A stretch of 64,000 bases of DNA from Nitrospirota bacterium (GTDB taxonomy: Bacteria; UBA2233): assembly GCA_011620345.1 (NCBI GenBank), contig WOZJ01000066.1, forward strand, positions 1-64,000, in the 5' to 3' direction. The notes beneath the pieces are model-generated. The model was not told the origin of the DNA. It saw nothing but the letters and a program-made list of their open reading frames with translations, and searched no databases. Position numbers and translations under genes: made by a program. Shown here piece by piece: positions 36,359-45,570 of this stretch (its first letter is position 1; each line of letters opens with the position of its first letter).

Positions 36359-38705
36359 GCCTTGGACGCTCGGGCTTGTTTTGGGATGGCTGGGTTGTTT
36401 GGTTGTCCTGCCTTTGGGGGGCGCGCTGGATACGCTTGCCGAGCAGACGCCGCTCGAGGGCGAGCCGATTCAGGAGGTTCGGGTCGAAGGCAACCAGCGG
36501 ATTGACGCCGCGGCCATCCTAGAGAACCTGGAGACGAAGACCAAAGGGCAGCTTCGGTCGTCTTCGATCGATCAGGACATCCGTTCGATCTATGCCATGG
36601 GGTACTTTGACGACGTTCGGGTCTACACAGAAGCCGCACCCCAGGGCGTACGGGTGACGTTCCAGGTCAAAGAACGACCCATGATCCTATCCATCCGCTT
36701 TGAGGGCAACAAGAAGCTCAAAGAGGACAAACTTAAAGAAGCCCTTCTCGTGAAAGAGCACACGATCCTTGACCCCGCCAAGGTTCAAGAGGGCATTACG
36801 GCGATTCGAAAGCGTTACCGGGAAGAGGGTTACTTCTTCGCGACGGTGAGCTCCAGGATTGAACCCAAAGAGGGCAACACGGCCGATGTCGTGTACAAAA
36901 TCAACGAGAACAAGGCCGTGAAGGTCGTCGAGATCACGTTCCAAGGCAACGAGCACTTTAAGGAAAAAGAGCTGAAATCTGCGCTGGCCATCAAGGAGAA
37001 AGGGTTTTTTTCTTGGATTACGAGCTCGGGCAAATTTACGGAGGAGATGCTTGAGACCGAACCCATGCGCTTGAGCAGCTTTTACATGGACCACGGGTTC
37101 ATTAACGTTCAAGTGAGCCGTCCCGAAGTCAAGCTTACCGAAGAAGGCGTAACACTGCATTTTAGCGTTCGGGAGGGGGATCGCTACAATGTGGGCAGTC
37201 TCGACATTGAAGGAGACCTGATCGAGCCCAAAGAAAAACTGATGTCCCTTCTGACGCTCAAAACGGGGAACGTGTTCTCGGCCTCCGAACTCAGAGCCAA
37301 CATTGCCAAGCTTTCGGATGCCTACGCAGACAAGGGCTACGCTTACGTCAACGTTGACCCGGGTACCCAAGTGGACGACCAAAACAAGCTTGTTCATGTT
37401 CGCTTTATCATCGACAAGGGCAACCTCGTCCAAATCCGGCGGATCGACATCACGGGCAACTCCAAGACCCTAGACAAGGTCATAAGGAGGGAGCTCAAGG
37501 TTGAGGAAGGCGATACCTATTCGCGTTCTTTGATCGAACGGTCCCGTGAACGGGTCAACTTCTTAGGCTTTTTTGATGACGTGAAGGTCGCGACGAAGCG
37601 TGTCGACGAGACCCACTCCGACGTCGATGTCCAGGTAAAGGAGGGGCAGACGGGGACGATTTCCGCGGGCGCAGGCTATTCGAGCTACGATAAAATGGTG
37701 TTCCAAGGGCAGGTCACCGAGCGTAACTTCAGGGGACGGGGAGAAATCCTTTCGTTCGCTACGGCGATCGGCTCTAGACGCGAAGAGTTTGATATTGGTT
37801 TTACCGAACCCTATTTTCTCGACACGAACTTGTCGCTCGGCGTCAACCTATTCATCAACGAGCGTGAGTTTGATGAGTATGGAAGAAGGGACATGGGGGG
37901 GTCTGTCCGGGTTGGGATGCCGGTCGGTGAGTACACGCGGATCGGGCTCGGCTATACCTACCAAGACGTCAAGATTTCGGACATCCCGTACTTTTTCGGG
38001 CGCTACCTGGTCGATTCTGGTATTCGGGACTGGGGGGACCAGTACCGGACGAAAGTCGACCAGCCGGACAAGTCCTCTACGAGCTCCGTAGCGTTTACGA
38101 TCTCCCGAAACACTACCGACCATCCGATCGATCCCACAAGGGGCAACGTCCAAGGGGTGGCGATCGAGTACGCGGGAGATTTTATGGGCGGAACGAACGA
38201 TTTTGTCCGCTACATGGGGCAGAGCGCTTGGTTTTGGCCTACGTTCATCAAAAACGTGGTCTTCTCGCTCAGGGGTCAGATGGGCTTCATCCAGTCGAAC
38301 TCGGACGATCCTTTACCCTACTATGAACGATTCTGGGCGGGCGGGATTGACACGCTTAGGGGATTCGACTATAGGGCCGTTTCTCCTAGGGACAGGGCCG
38401 GCCACAACGTGCATATCGGGGGCGATAAGCTGCTCGTGTTCAACGCAGAGGTCATTTTCCCCTTGATCAAGCGGATGGGGATCAAGGGGGTAGTGTTTGG
38501 AGACGCGGGGAACGTGTATTCCTACGGCAACAGCTTCGACCCCGGCAACATGCGCAAGGATGTGGGGTTCGGAATTCGGTGGCGATCGCCTCTTGGGCCG
38601 TTGCGCGTGGAGATCGGCTTCCCGATCGACAAGCGTTACTCGAACGACGACTCGTTCAAGGTCAACTTCTCGATGGGCGCCCCGTACAGAGGGTTCGGGT
38701 TTTAA
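36345..38705 (+). CDS. bamA: Outer membrane protein assembly factor BamA
   Basis: POTRA repeats (GN motifs), TG..SAGAGY, LRGF, SPLGPL; upstream of skp. Confidence 0.95.
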   Translation: MKRSRPWTLGLVLGWLGCLVVLPLGGALDTLAEQTPLEGEPIQEVRVEGNQRIDAAAILENLETKTKGQLRSSSIDQDIRSIYAMGYFDDVRVYTEAAPQGVRVTFQVKERPMILSIRFEGNKKLKEDKLKEALLVKEHTILDPAKVQEGITAIRKRYREEGYFFATVSSRIEPKEGNTADVVYKINENKAVKVVEITFQGNEHFKEKELKSALAIKEKGFFSWITSSGKFTEEMLETEPMRLSSFYMDHGFINVQVSRPEVKLTEEGVTLHFSVREGDRYNVGSLDIEGDLIEPKEKLMSLLTLKTGNVFSASELRANIAKLSDAYADKGYAYVNVDPGTQVDDQNKLVHVRFIIDKGNLVQIRRIDITGNSKTLDKVIRRELKVEEGDTYSRSLIERSRERVNFLGFFDDVKVATKRVDETHSDVDVQVKEGQTGTISAGAGYSSYDKMVFQGQVTERNFRGRGEILSFATAIGSRREEFDIGFTEPYFLDTNLSLGVNLFINEREFDEYGRRDMGGSVRVGMPVGEYTRIGLGYTYQDVKISDIPYFFGRYLVDSGIRDWGDQYRTKVDQPDKSSTSSVAFTISRNTTDHPIDPTRGNVQGVAIEYAGDFMGGTNDFVRYMGQSAWFWPTFIKNVVFSLRGQMGFIQSNSDDPLPYYERFWAGGIDTLRGFDYRAVSPRDRAGHNVHIGGDKLLVFNAEVIFPLIKRMGIKGVVFGDAGNVYSYGNSFDPGNMRKDVGFGIRWRSPLGPLRVEIGFPIDKRYSNDDSFKVNFSMGAPYRGFGF

Positions 38706-38732
38706 CATTTCAAACGCGATGAAGGTGGTTCC

Positions 38733-39278
38733 ATGAAAGCCAGAAGGCTCGAAGGTCGAGTGTTTGTTTTTTTGATGATGCTGGTGTTCCTGTCGGCAGG
38801 ACTTTTTCCTAAGGGCGCATCGGCCAAGGAGGTCCGTATCGGCGTGGTGGACCTGCAAAAAGCGCTCAACGAATCTACAAGAGGGGCGCAGGCGAGGGCC
38901 ACATTCTCAAAGAGGGCTACCGAGCTCCAAAAACAGATTGAGCAGCGGCAAAAGGAGCTCGAGACGATGAAAAACGAGCTGGCCAGCAAAGCGAGCGTCC
39001 TTTCTGAAAAGGCGCGTGCGGAGAAAGAGCGGGTTTACCAAGAAAAACTCAAGGATTTTCAGCGGTTCTACAGGGATGCTCAGGACGAACTCCGGAGTAA
39101 GGATCAGGAGCTTACGAGCGGGCTTTTAAGGGAGATTCAGTCGATCATCGCCTCGATCGGGCAAAAGGGCGGGTACAGCGTGATCCTTGAGAGGGGGGAA
39201 AGTTCTGTTCTTTTTGCGGACAAAGAGGTCGACATCACGCAGGCAGTCATCGACGCCTTTAACAAGTCTCCCAAATAA
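38733..39278 (+). CDS. skp: Skp/OmpH chaperone
   Basis: Signal peptide, IGVVDLQK, coiled coil, DITQAVI. Confidence 0.93.
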   Translation: MKARRLEGRVFVFLMMLVFLSAGLFPKGASAKEVRIGVVDLQKALNESTRGAQARATFSKRATELQKQIEQRQKELETMKNELASKASVLSEKARAEKERVYQEKLKDFQRFYRDAQDELRSKDQELTSGLLREIQSIIASIGQKGGYSVILERGESSVLFADKEVDITQAVIDAFNKSPK

Positions 39279-39281
39279 AGC

Positions 39282-40367
39282 ATGCCCGAACAAGCCCGGC
39301 CTATCCTAGCCCATGACCTGGCAAGGAGCCTAGGCGGAGTATACCAGGGGCCGGAAGGACTTGTGCTGAGTGGGGTTGCAACGCTCGAGGAGGCTTCGAA
39401 AGAAGACCTATCGTTTCTGACGAACGCAAAGTACATAGGCCTTGCGAAGGAATCCAAGACGGGCTGCCTGTTGATTGCGCCCGAGCATAGGGATACCTTT
39501 GAAGGTCCGAAGATCGTCGTTCAAACACCCTATCTTGCGCTTGCGAGGGCTGTCAGGCTGTTTTATCCAGGCCAGGAGTCCGAAGCCGGCGTGTCTTCGC
39601 TGGCCTTTGTTCATCCTAAGGCTTGGGTGGCGCCGAGCGCCTCTGTCGGGCCGTTTTGTGTCATCGAAGAAGGGGCCAGGGTTCTCGAGAGGGCCAGGCT
39701 CGTGGCTCAGGTCTTTGTGGGCCGGAACGTTATCGTTGGGAAGGCATGCCTAATCTATCCGCACGTGAGCCTTTTGGATGGGACGATTCTGGGTGACAGG
39801 GTGATCGTCCAGGCGGGCTGCGTCGTCGGCTCGGACGGGTTTGGGTTTGCCTTTGACCCGGATTCCAAGGCCTACGAGAAGATTCCGCAGGTAGGACACG
39901 TCGAGGTCGGGCCTGATGCCGAGCTTGGTGCATGCACCACGATTGACAGGGCGTTTATGGGTAGGACGTTGATCGGAGAGGGGACGAAAGTGGACAACCT
40001 CGTGCAGGTTGGCCACAACGTTCAAATAGGGAAACACTGCATATTGGTATCCCAGGTAGGCATCTCTGGCTCGACCAAGATCGGCGATCACGTAACGCTT
40101 GCGGGTCAGGTGGGCGTGGTGGGCCATATCCGTATCGAGGAAGGTGTCGTCGTGGGCGCTGGTTCCGGGGTGCATGGCGACCTCAAGGCCCACAGGACCT
40201 ACTGGGGGTTCCCGGCCGTAGAATACAAACGGGCGCTCGTGCGCCACGGTGCCCTCGAGCGGCTGCCGGAGCTGCGGAAACGGGTCTTTTCGCTCAAGCA
40301 GCGCCTGGAGGCGCTCGAAAGGAGGCTTGAAGAGGGTGGGTGCGGACATTCAGAAGATCCTGGCTAG
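39282..40367 (+). CDS. lpxD: UDP-3-O-acylglucosamine N-acyltransferase
   Basis: Hexapeptide repeats, GSDGFGF, KIPQVG, DNLVQVGHN. Confidence 0.95.
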   Translation: MPEQARPILAHDLARSLGGVYQGPEGLVLSGVATLEEASKEDLSFLTNAKYIGLAKESKTGCLLIAPEHRDTFEGPKIVVQTPYLALARAVRLFYPGQESEAGVSSLAFVHPKAWVAPSASVGPFCVIEEGARVLERARLVAQVFVGRNVIVGKACLIYPHVSLLDGTILGDRVIVQAGCVVGSDGFGFAFDPDSKAYEKIPQVGHVEVGPDAELGACTTIDRAFMGRTLIGEGTKVDNLVQVGHNVQIGKHCILVSQVGISGSTKIGDHVTLAGQVGVVGHIRIEEGVVVGAGSGVHGDLKAHRTYWGFPAVEYKRALVRHGALERLPELRKRVFSLKQRLEALERRLEEGGCGHSEDPG

Positions 40368-40770
40368 GCTTCCCCATCGTTACCCCTTCCTGTTGGTTGA
40401 CAAGGTTCTAAAGATAGACAAAGATGGCGTCGTGGCATTGAAATGCGTAACGATCAACGAGCCCTACTTTGTCGGCCATTTTGAAGATTATCCCGTCATG
40501 CCTGGGGTACTGATCCTAGAGGCCGCAGCGCAGGCGGGCGCGTACTTTCTGCTTGAGACGATCGAAACGAAGCCCGACGAGATCGTGTATTTGGCCGGCG
40601 TGGACGGAGTAAGGTTCAGAAGGCCCGTGAGGCCTGGCGACCGGCTGATTTTGACTCTTAAGGTGCTCGCTCACAAAAGGAAGGTATTTAAGATGTATGC
40701 TCAAGTGAGCTGCGAAAATGAACGCGTCATGGAGGGGAAGCTGACGGCGGTTTTAGGGAAGAAGGGCTGA
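40336..40770 (+). CDS. fabZ: 3-hydroxyacyl-ACP dehydratase
   Basis: LPHRYPFLLVD, GHF..PVMPGVLILE; GTG start inferred. Confidence 0.95.
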   Translation: MGADIQKILARLPHRYPFLLVDKVLKIDKDGVVALKCVTINEPYFVGHFEDYPVMPGVLILEAAAQAGAYFLLETIETKPDEIVYLAGVDGVRFRRPVRPGDRLILTLKVLAHKRKVFKMYAQVSCENERVMEGKLTAVLGKKG

Positions 40771-40773
40771 GGT

Positions 40774-41559
40774 ATGGGGATTCATCCGAGTGCCGTTGTT
40801 GCCGAGGGGGCCAGGGTTGCAGAAGATGCCAGCGTTGGACCCTACTGTTGCGTAGGGCCCAACGTCGTGCTTGAGAGAGGCGTGCGGCTCGTAAGCCACG
40901 TCGTAATCGAGGGCGCGGCCCGAATCGGCGAAGGCACCGTCGTCTACCCGTTCGCTACGATCGGCCTGCCACCGCAGGATCTAAAATACCAAGGGGAAGA
41001 AACGGCCGTCGAGATCGGGAAGAACAACACGATTCGAGAGTGCGTGACAATCCACCGGGGAACGGGTGCTGGAGGGGTGACAAAGTTAGGAGACGGTGGC
41101 TTGATCATGGTAGGGGCGCATATCGCGCACGACTGCCGGGTCGGCAACGGGACGATTCTCGCGAACGTCGTCACGCTTGCAGGCCACGTCGATATTGGAG
41201 ACCACGTCATCTTGGGAGGCCAGGTGGGCGTCCATCAGTTTGTCCGCGTGGGCGCGTACGCCATGATCGGGGCAGGCTCGATGGTTTCGCAGGACATCGT
41301 CCCGTTTTCCTTGGCCGTAGGAGATCGCTGCAAGCTCAAGGGGTTGAACCTCGTGGGCCTGAAACGAAGAGGGTTTTCTCCCAAAGAGATTCGCGCGCTC
41401 GAGCGGGTCTTTTATGCCTTGTTTCTTTCTAAGCGGCCTCTTAAAGAAGCCCTTCGTGAGCTAGAAGAGAGCCCGGATGTTGTCGAAACCCCCAGTGTTC
41501 AGCGGCTCGTTCGGTTTGTCCAGGACTCCAAACGAGGGATAGCCCGTGTACGGGATTGA
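40774..41559 (+). CDS. lpxA: Acyl-ACP--UDP-GlcNAc(3N) acyltransferase
   Basis: PQDLKY, IHRGT, HIAHDC, AGHV, HQF, GLN.VGLKR. Confidence 0.96.
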   Translation: MGIHPSAVVAEGARVAEDASVGPYCCVGPNVVLERGVRLVSHVVIEGAARIGEGTVVYPFATIGLPPQDLKYQGEETAVEIGKNNTIRECVTIHRGTGAGGVTKLGDGGLIMVGAHIAHDCRVGNGTILANVVTLAGHVDIGDHVILGGQVGVHQFVRVGAYAMIGAGSMVSQDIVPFSLAVGDRCKLKGLNLVGLKRRGFSPKEIRALERVFYALFLSKRPLKEALRELEESPDVVETPSVQRLVRFVQDSKRGIARVRD

Positions 41560-42376
41560 GACGGAAGTGCTCGGAGTGATCGCCGGGAACGGCCCTTTGC
41601 CCGGCATCGTGTTAAAAAACTTGAAAGCCAAGGGTTTGAGGCTTTTCGTAGCCGCACATGTAGGCGAAACGCCTCAAGAGGCCGTTGCGTTGGCCGATGC
41701 CGCATGCTGGGTCAAGCCCGGACAGCTAGGCACGTTGCTTGATTTCTTCAATGCGCACGGCGTTCATCAGGCGTTGTTTGCGGGGGGCATGAAGAAGGCT
41801 GCGCTCGTTCGTACGTTCGAGCCGGACAAGGATGCGCTCGAGTTCATCGAAACCCTTCCCAACCTTCACGACGACACGATTTTGCGGGCTTTGGCCGTTT
41901 GGCTCGAACAAAAAGGCGTGCACGTGCTCGATACAAGGCTAGGGATGGGGGGCCTTTTGGGCCCAGAAGGGGTCCTCACGAAATTGGGGCCGAGCCTCAA
42001 GCACCAAAAGGACATTGCGCTTGGGATTCAAGCGGCAAGGGCGCTTGGTGGGCTGGACATCGGCCAGGCCGTAGTCGTGGAGGACCAGCTCGTGCTGGCG
42101 CTAGAGGCGATCGAGGGAACGGATGCGATGATCCAAAGGGCCGGAGCCTTCAGCAAGGGGGACGGTGTCTTGGCCAAGGCAAAAAAGCCCTCCCAGGACC
42201 CTAGGTTTGATTTGCCCTCCATAGGGCCGGGAACGATTGCGAACATGGCGAAGGCAGGGCTGAAGGTGCTTGCCTTTGAGGCGGGATGGACGGTCTTGTT
42301 CGAGCAAGAAAGGCTTATTGCGGAGGCGGATGCCTTAGGGATGGTCGTTGTAGGGGTGGGGCCGAATGGAAGTTAG
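41546..42376 (+). CDS. lpxI: UDP-2,3-diacylglucosamine pyrophosphatase LpxI
   Basis: IAGNG.LP, DIGQ, EAIEGTD, KPSQD.RFDLP. Confidence 0.92.
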   Translation: MYGIETEVLGVIAGNGPLPGIVLKNLKAKGLRLFVAAHVGETPQEAVALADAACWVKPGQLGTLLDFFNAHGVHQALFAGGMKKAALVRTFEPDKDALEFIETLPNLHDDTILRALAVWLEQKGVHVLDTRLGMGGLLGPEGVLTKLGPSLKHQKDIALGIQAARALGGLDIGQAVVVEDQLVLALEAIEGTDAMIQRAGAFSKGDGVLAKAKKPSQDPRFDLPSIGPGTIANMAKAGLKVLAFEAGWTVLFEQERLIAEADALGMVVVGVGPNGS

Positions 42377-43340
42377 GCCTTCTGGCGCCGCCCCGTTGAG
42401 GGCGGGGGTCGTCGGGCTCGGCTACCTAGGAAGCTTCCACGCCAAGAAGTACGTCCAGCTTGGCATGGAAGGTCTTGTGGATTTAAGGTTCCTCGTTGAC
42501 ACGAAGAAAGAAGCCTTCGACTCCAAGGGATGGCCCGGATCCGTCCGCTTTTCGGATAGGCTCGAGGACATGATCGGGCAAGTAGACGTTGCAAGCGTTG
42601 CGACGCCGACACTGGCGCATTTCGAGGTCGCGAAAACGTTGCTCGAGCACGGAATCCACGTGCTTATCGAAAAACCCGTTACCAAAAGCATCGAGGAGGC
42701 CTTAGAGCTCGAGCGCCTGGCCAAGGCCAAGGGCCTTGTCGTCGCAATAGGGCATATCGAGCGGTTCAACGGGGCCATCGTCGCCGTTCGAGATAGGGTG
42801 TCCGGCCCTAGGTTTATCGAGTCCTTAAGGCTTTCGCCCTTCCAGGTGCGCGGGACGGACGTAGACGTGTTGATGGACCTGATGATCCATGACCTCGATT
42901 TGTTGGGGCTGTTCGTTCAAGAGCCTTTGGAAAGCCTGGAAGCGATAGGCGTGCCCGTCCTTAGCCAAAATATCGACATCGCCAACGTTCGGCTTCGGTT
43001 TGGCTCGGGGCTTATCACCCAGTTAACGGCAAGCCGTGTTTCTCGAGAGCGTCACCGAAAAATGCGCATCTTCACCCCGGACGGGTATTATTCGATCGAT
43101 TTCTTGAACCAGAGCGTCGAGATCATCGAGCGCGGGAGGCTCGAGACGACGCACGAAATACGGGCGGAACAGCTCTTGTTTCCCAAAACGGACGCGCTTT
43201 TGGCGGAAATCGAAGATTTTCTGCTGGCGGTTCTTCAAAAAAGCCCCCCAAGGGCGACGATCGAGGACGCTACCCGGACGCTCAAGCTGGTGCAAGCAAT
43301 CCAATCCTACCTCGAAAACCATCCTACCTTTCCCGTATGA
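42366..43340 (+). CDS. gnnA: Gfo/Idh/MocA oxidoreductase, probable UDP-GlcNAc 3-dehydrogenase
   Basis: GLGYLG..H, EKP, GHIERFN, DLMIHD, ASRVS; lies between lpxA and lpxB. Confidence 0.8.
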   Translation: MEVRPSGAAPLRAGVVGLGYLGSFHAKKYVQLGMEGLVDLRFLVDTKKEAFDSKGWPGSVRFSDRLEDMIGQVDVASVATPTLAHFEVAKTLLEHGIHVLIEKPVTKSIEEALELERLAKAKGLVVAIGHIERFNGAIVAVRDRVSGPRFIESLRLSPFQVRGTDVDVLMDLMIHDLDLLGLFVQEPLESLEAIGVPVLSQNIDIANVRLRFGSGLITQLTASRVSRERHRKMRIFTPDGYYSIDFLNQSVEIIERGRLETTHEIRAEQLLFPKTDALLAEIEDFLLAVLQKSPPRATIEDATRTLKLVQAIQSYLENHPTFPV

Positions 43341-44446
43341 ACGCACAGAAGACGCTTACATTGTTCGACGTCCAGGGCTCCTGGCGTCCGCTCGTCAACA
43401 AGGCAAAAGCCCGTATCGAAACGATCCTGCAAGAGGGCCGGTTTGTGCTCGGCCCATTTACCCAAGAGCTCGAGGAGGGGTTTGCTCGCTCGCTGGACGT
43501 AGGTCATGCAAGCGCCGTCAGCTCCGGAACCAGCGGGCTGTACTTAGCGCTCAAGGCGCTCGATATCGGCCCAGGAGACGAGGTCATCACAACCCCCATG
43601 AGCTTCATCGCGACCGTCCACGCGATCCTTTTGGCCGGTGCCAGGCCCGTGCTGGCCGACATTGACCCGAAGCACTTCGGCCTTAGCCCCGAGACCATCG
43701 CCCCAAAGATCACTCAAAGAACCCGAGCGGTCATCTTGGTTCACCTGTTCGGCAATCCCGCTCCGGCCGAGGAAATTGTGGAGCTTCTTGCCCCAAAAGG
43801 AATCGCACTCATCGAGGACGCCTGCCAAGCCTTCGGGGCCAAGCGAAACGGTAAAAGCCTCGGTTCGATCGGGACGCTGGGCGTGTTCAGCTTCTACCCG
43901 ACGAAGAACTTGGGAGGGGCCGGAGACGGGGGGATGGTTGTAACTTCCGACGAGATTCTTCATTCGCGCATCCGAAGCTTGAAGCTGCACGGGGAGGCGG
44001 CCGAGAGGAGCTTTGGGGCGTTGGGAATCAACGGAAGAATGGACGAAATTCAGGCCGCGCTCATCCTTCTTCGCTTGGAAGAGTTCGAAAGCGAAGCAAA
44101 AAAAAGGGTAACGCTAGGAAGGTTATACCGAGAAATGCTCGAAGGTCTCGTTGGCTTGCAAACGCCGATAGAAGGGGCCGAGCCGCTCTGGCACCTTTTT
44201 AGCGTGCGGCTCCAAGAAAGAGAGCGCATTCGGGATGCGCTTGCCCTCCGGGGCATCCAAACGGGCGTGTACTACCCCTTGCCTTTCCACAAGGTTCCGC
44301 ACTTGATGCCCTATTTTCCGGATGAGAGGCTTGAGACGGCAGAGGCGCTCGCAAGTTCCGTCCTCCAAATTCCCCTTCATCCGGGGATGGAGGAGGCCGA
44401 TGCCGTATTTGCAGCGAGCGCGCTCCTGGCTACGCTTCGTTCATGA
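43337..44446 (+). CDS. gnnB: DegT/DnrJ aminotransferase, probable GnnB
   Basis: SSGT, VHLFG, EDACQ, SFYPTKNLG, N.RMDEIQAA; follows gnnA. Confidence 0.8.
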   Translation: MNAQKTLTLFDVQGSWRPLVNKAKARIETILQEGRFVLGPFTQELEEGFARSLDVGHASAVSSGTSGLYLALKALDIGPGDEVITTPMSFIATVHAILLAGARPVLADIDPKHFGLSPETIAPKITQRTRAVILVHLFGNPAPAEEIVELLAPKGIALIEDACQAFGAKRNGKSLGSIGTLGVFSFYPTKNLGGAGDGGMVVTSDEILHSRIRSLKLHGEAAERSFGALGINGRMDEIQAALILLRLEEFESEAKKRVTLGRLYREMLEGLVGLQTPIEGAEPLWHLFSVRLQERERIRDALALRGIQTGVYYPLPFHKVPHLMPYFPDERLETAEALASSVLQIPLHPGMEEADAVFAASALLATLRS

Positions 44447-45570
44447 GCGCCGTTCTCGTTTGCGCCGGAGAGCCATCCTCCGACGCCCACGCCGCGGGAG
44501 TGATCGAACGAGTGCTTGCCAAAAGGCCCGGGCTGAACGTCGTGGGCGTCGGAGGGCGGGGGCTTAAGGCGGTTTGTGATGGCCCGATTTTGGATAACGC
44601 CCCGCTCGCCCATACCGGGCTGACCGAGGTGATCGTGCACCTTCCGGACGCCATTCGGCTTCTAAGGGGGGTTAAAAAGCTTGCTTTGGCCTACAAGCCA
44701 AGCTTTGCCCTGCTCGTGGACACACCGGACTTTAACATGCGATTGCTAAAGCCCCTTAAGCGCATTGGCGTTCCAATCGTCTACTTCATCGCTCCTCAAG
44801 CCTGGGCATGGCGAAAGGGGCGTGCAAGGACGCTAGCAAAGACGATTGATCGGTTGTTCGTCATTTTCCCCTTCGAAGAAGATTTTTTTTCACAATTAGG
44901 GGTCGAAACGCGCTACGTCGGCCACCCTGCGCCCTTAAGGCTCGAAGGCCTCCCAAGAAAAGAAGAAATCCTAGCTCGGTTGGGGTTAAACGGCGATACG
45001 CCGGTCGTGGCGCTCCTTCCTGGTTCGCGGTATAATGAGCTAAGAAAGCACTGGCCATTGTTCGCAGAGTCATTCCAGGCGCTAAAGCGCGCTTTTCCGA
45101 AGATTCAAGGGGTTTTGGCGCTTGCTCCGGGTATCGAGCGCTCCAGGCTCGAGGCCATAAGGCCGGTACCTTACGGGGTTGTGACGAGCAAGGCCGGGTC
45201 GGGAGAGGTTCTGAAGGCGGCGACGCTTGCCTTGATGAGCTCGGGTACGGTTACGCTCGAAGCCGGACTTCTTGAGTTGCCCGGTGTGATCGTGTACCGC
45301 ATGTCTGGCCTGACATACCGGATTGCCAGATCGCTCGTTTCAACGGAGCATATCGGTATGGCCAACATTCTTTTGGGAGAACGGGTGTTGCCCGAACTTA
45401 TCCAGCACGAGGCGAGCCCGAATCGTGTCGTGGGGGAGCTTGCAAAATTTCTAGGGGATGCCGAGCGTATGGCGCAAACGAAGGCAAAGCTCTCACGGCT
45501 TAAGGACATCTTAGGCGTCAAGGACGCCTACGGCCACGTGGCCCAAAACCTTCTCGAGGCCTACCTATGA
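44443..45570 (+). CDS. lpxB: Lipid-A-disaccharide synthase
   Basis: AGEPSSD, PDFN, PQAWAWR, FPFE, VGHP, LPGSR, SGTVTLE. Confidence 0.95.
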   Translation: MSAVLVCAGEPSSDAHAAGVIERVLAKRPGLNVVGVGGRGLKAVCDGPILDNAPLAHTGLTEVIVHLPDAIRLLRGVKKLALAYKPSFALLVDTPDFNMRLLKPLKRIGVPIVYFIAPQAWAWRKGRARTLAKTIDRLFVIFPFEEDFFSQLGVETRYVGHPAPLRLEGLPRKEEILARLGLNGDTPVVALLPGSRYNELRKHWPLFAESFQALKRAFPKIQGVLALAPGIERSRLEAIRPVPYGVVTSKAGSGEVLKAATLALMSSGTVTLEAGLLELPGVIVYRMSGLTYRIARSLVSTEHIGMANILLGERVLPELIQHEASPNRVVGELAKFLGDAERMAQTKAKLSRLKDILGVKDAYGHVAQNLLEAYL

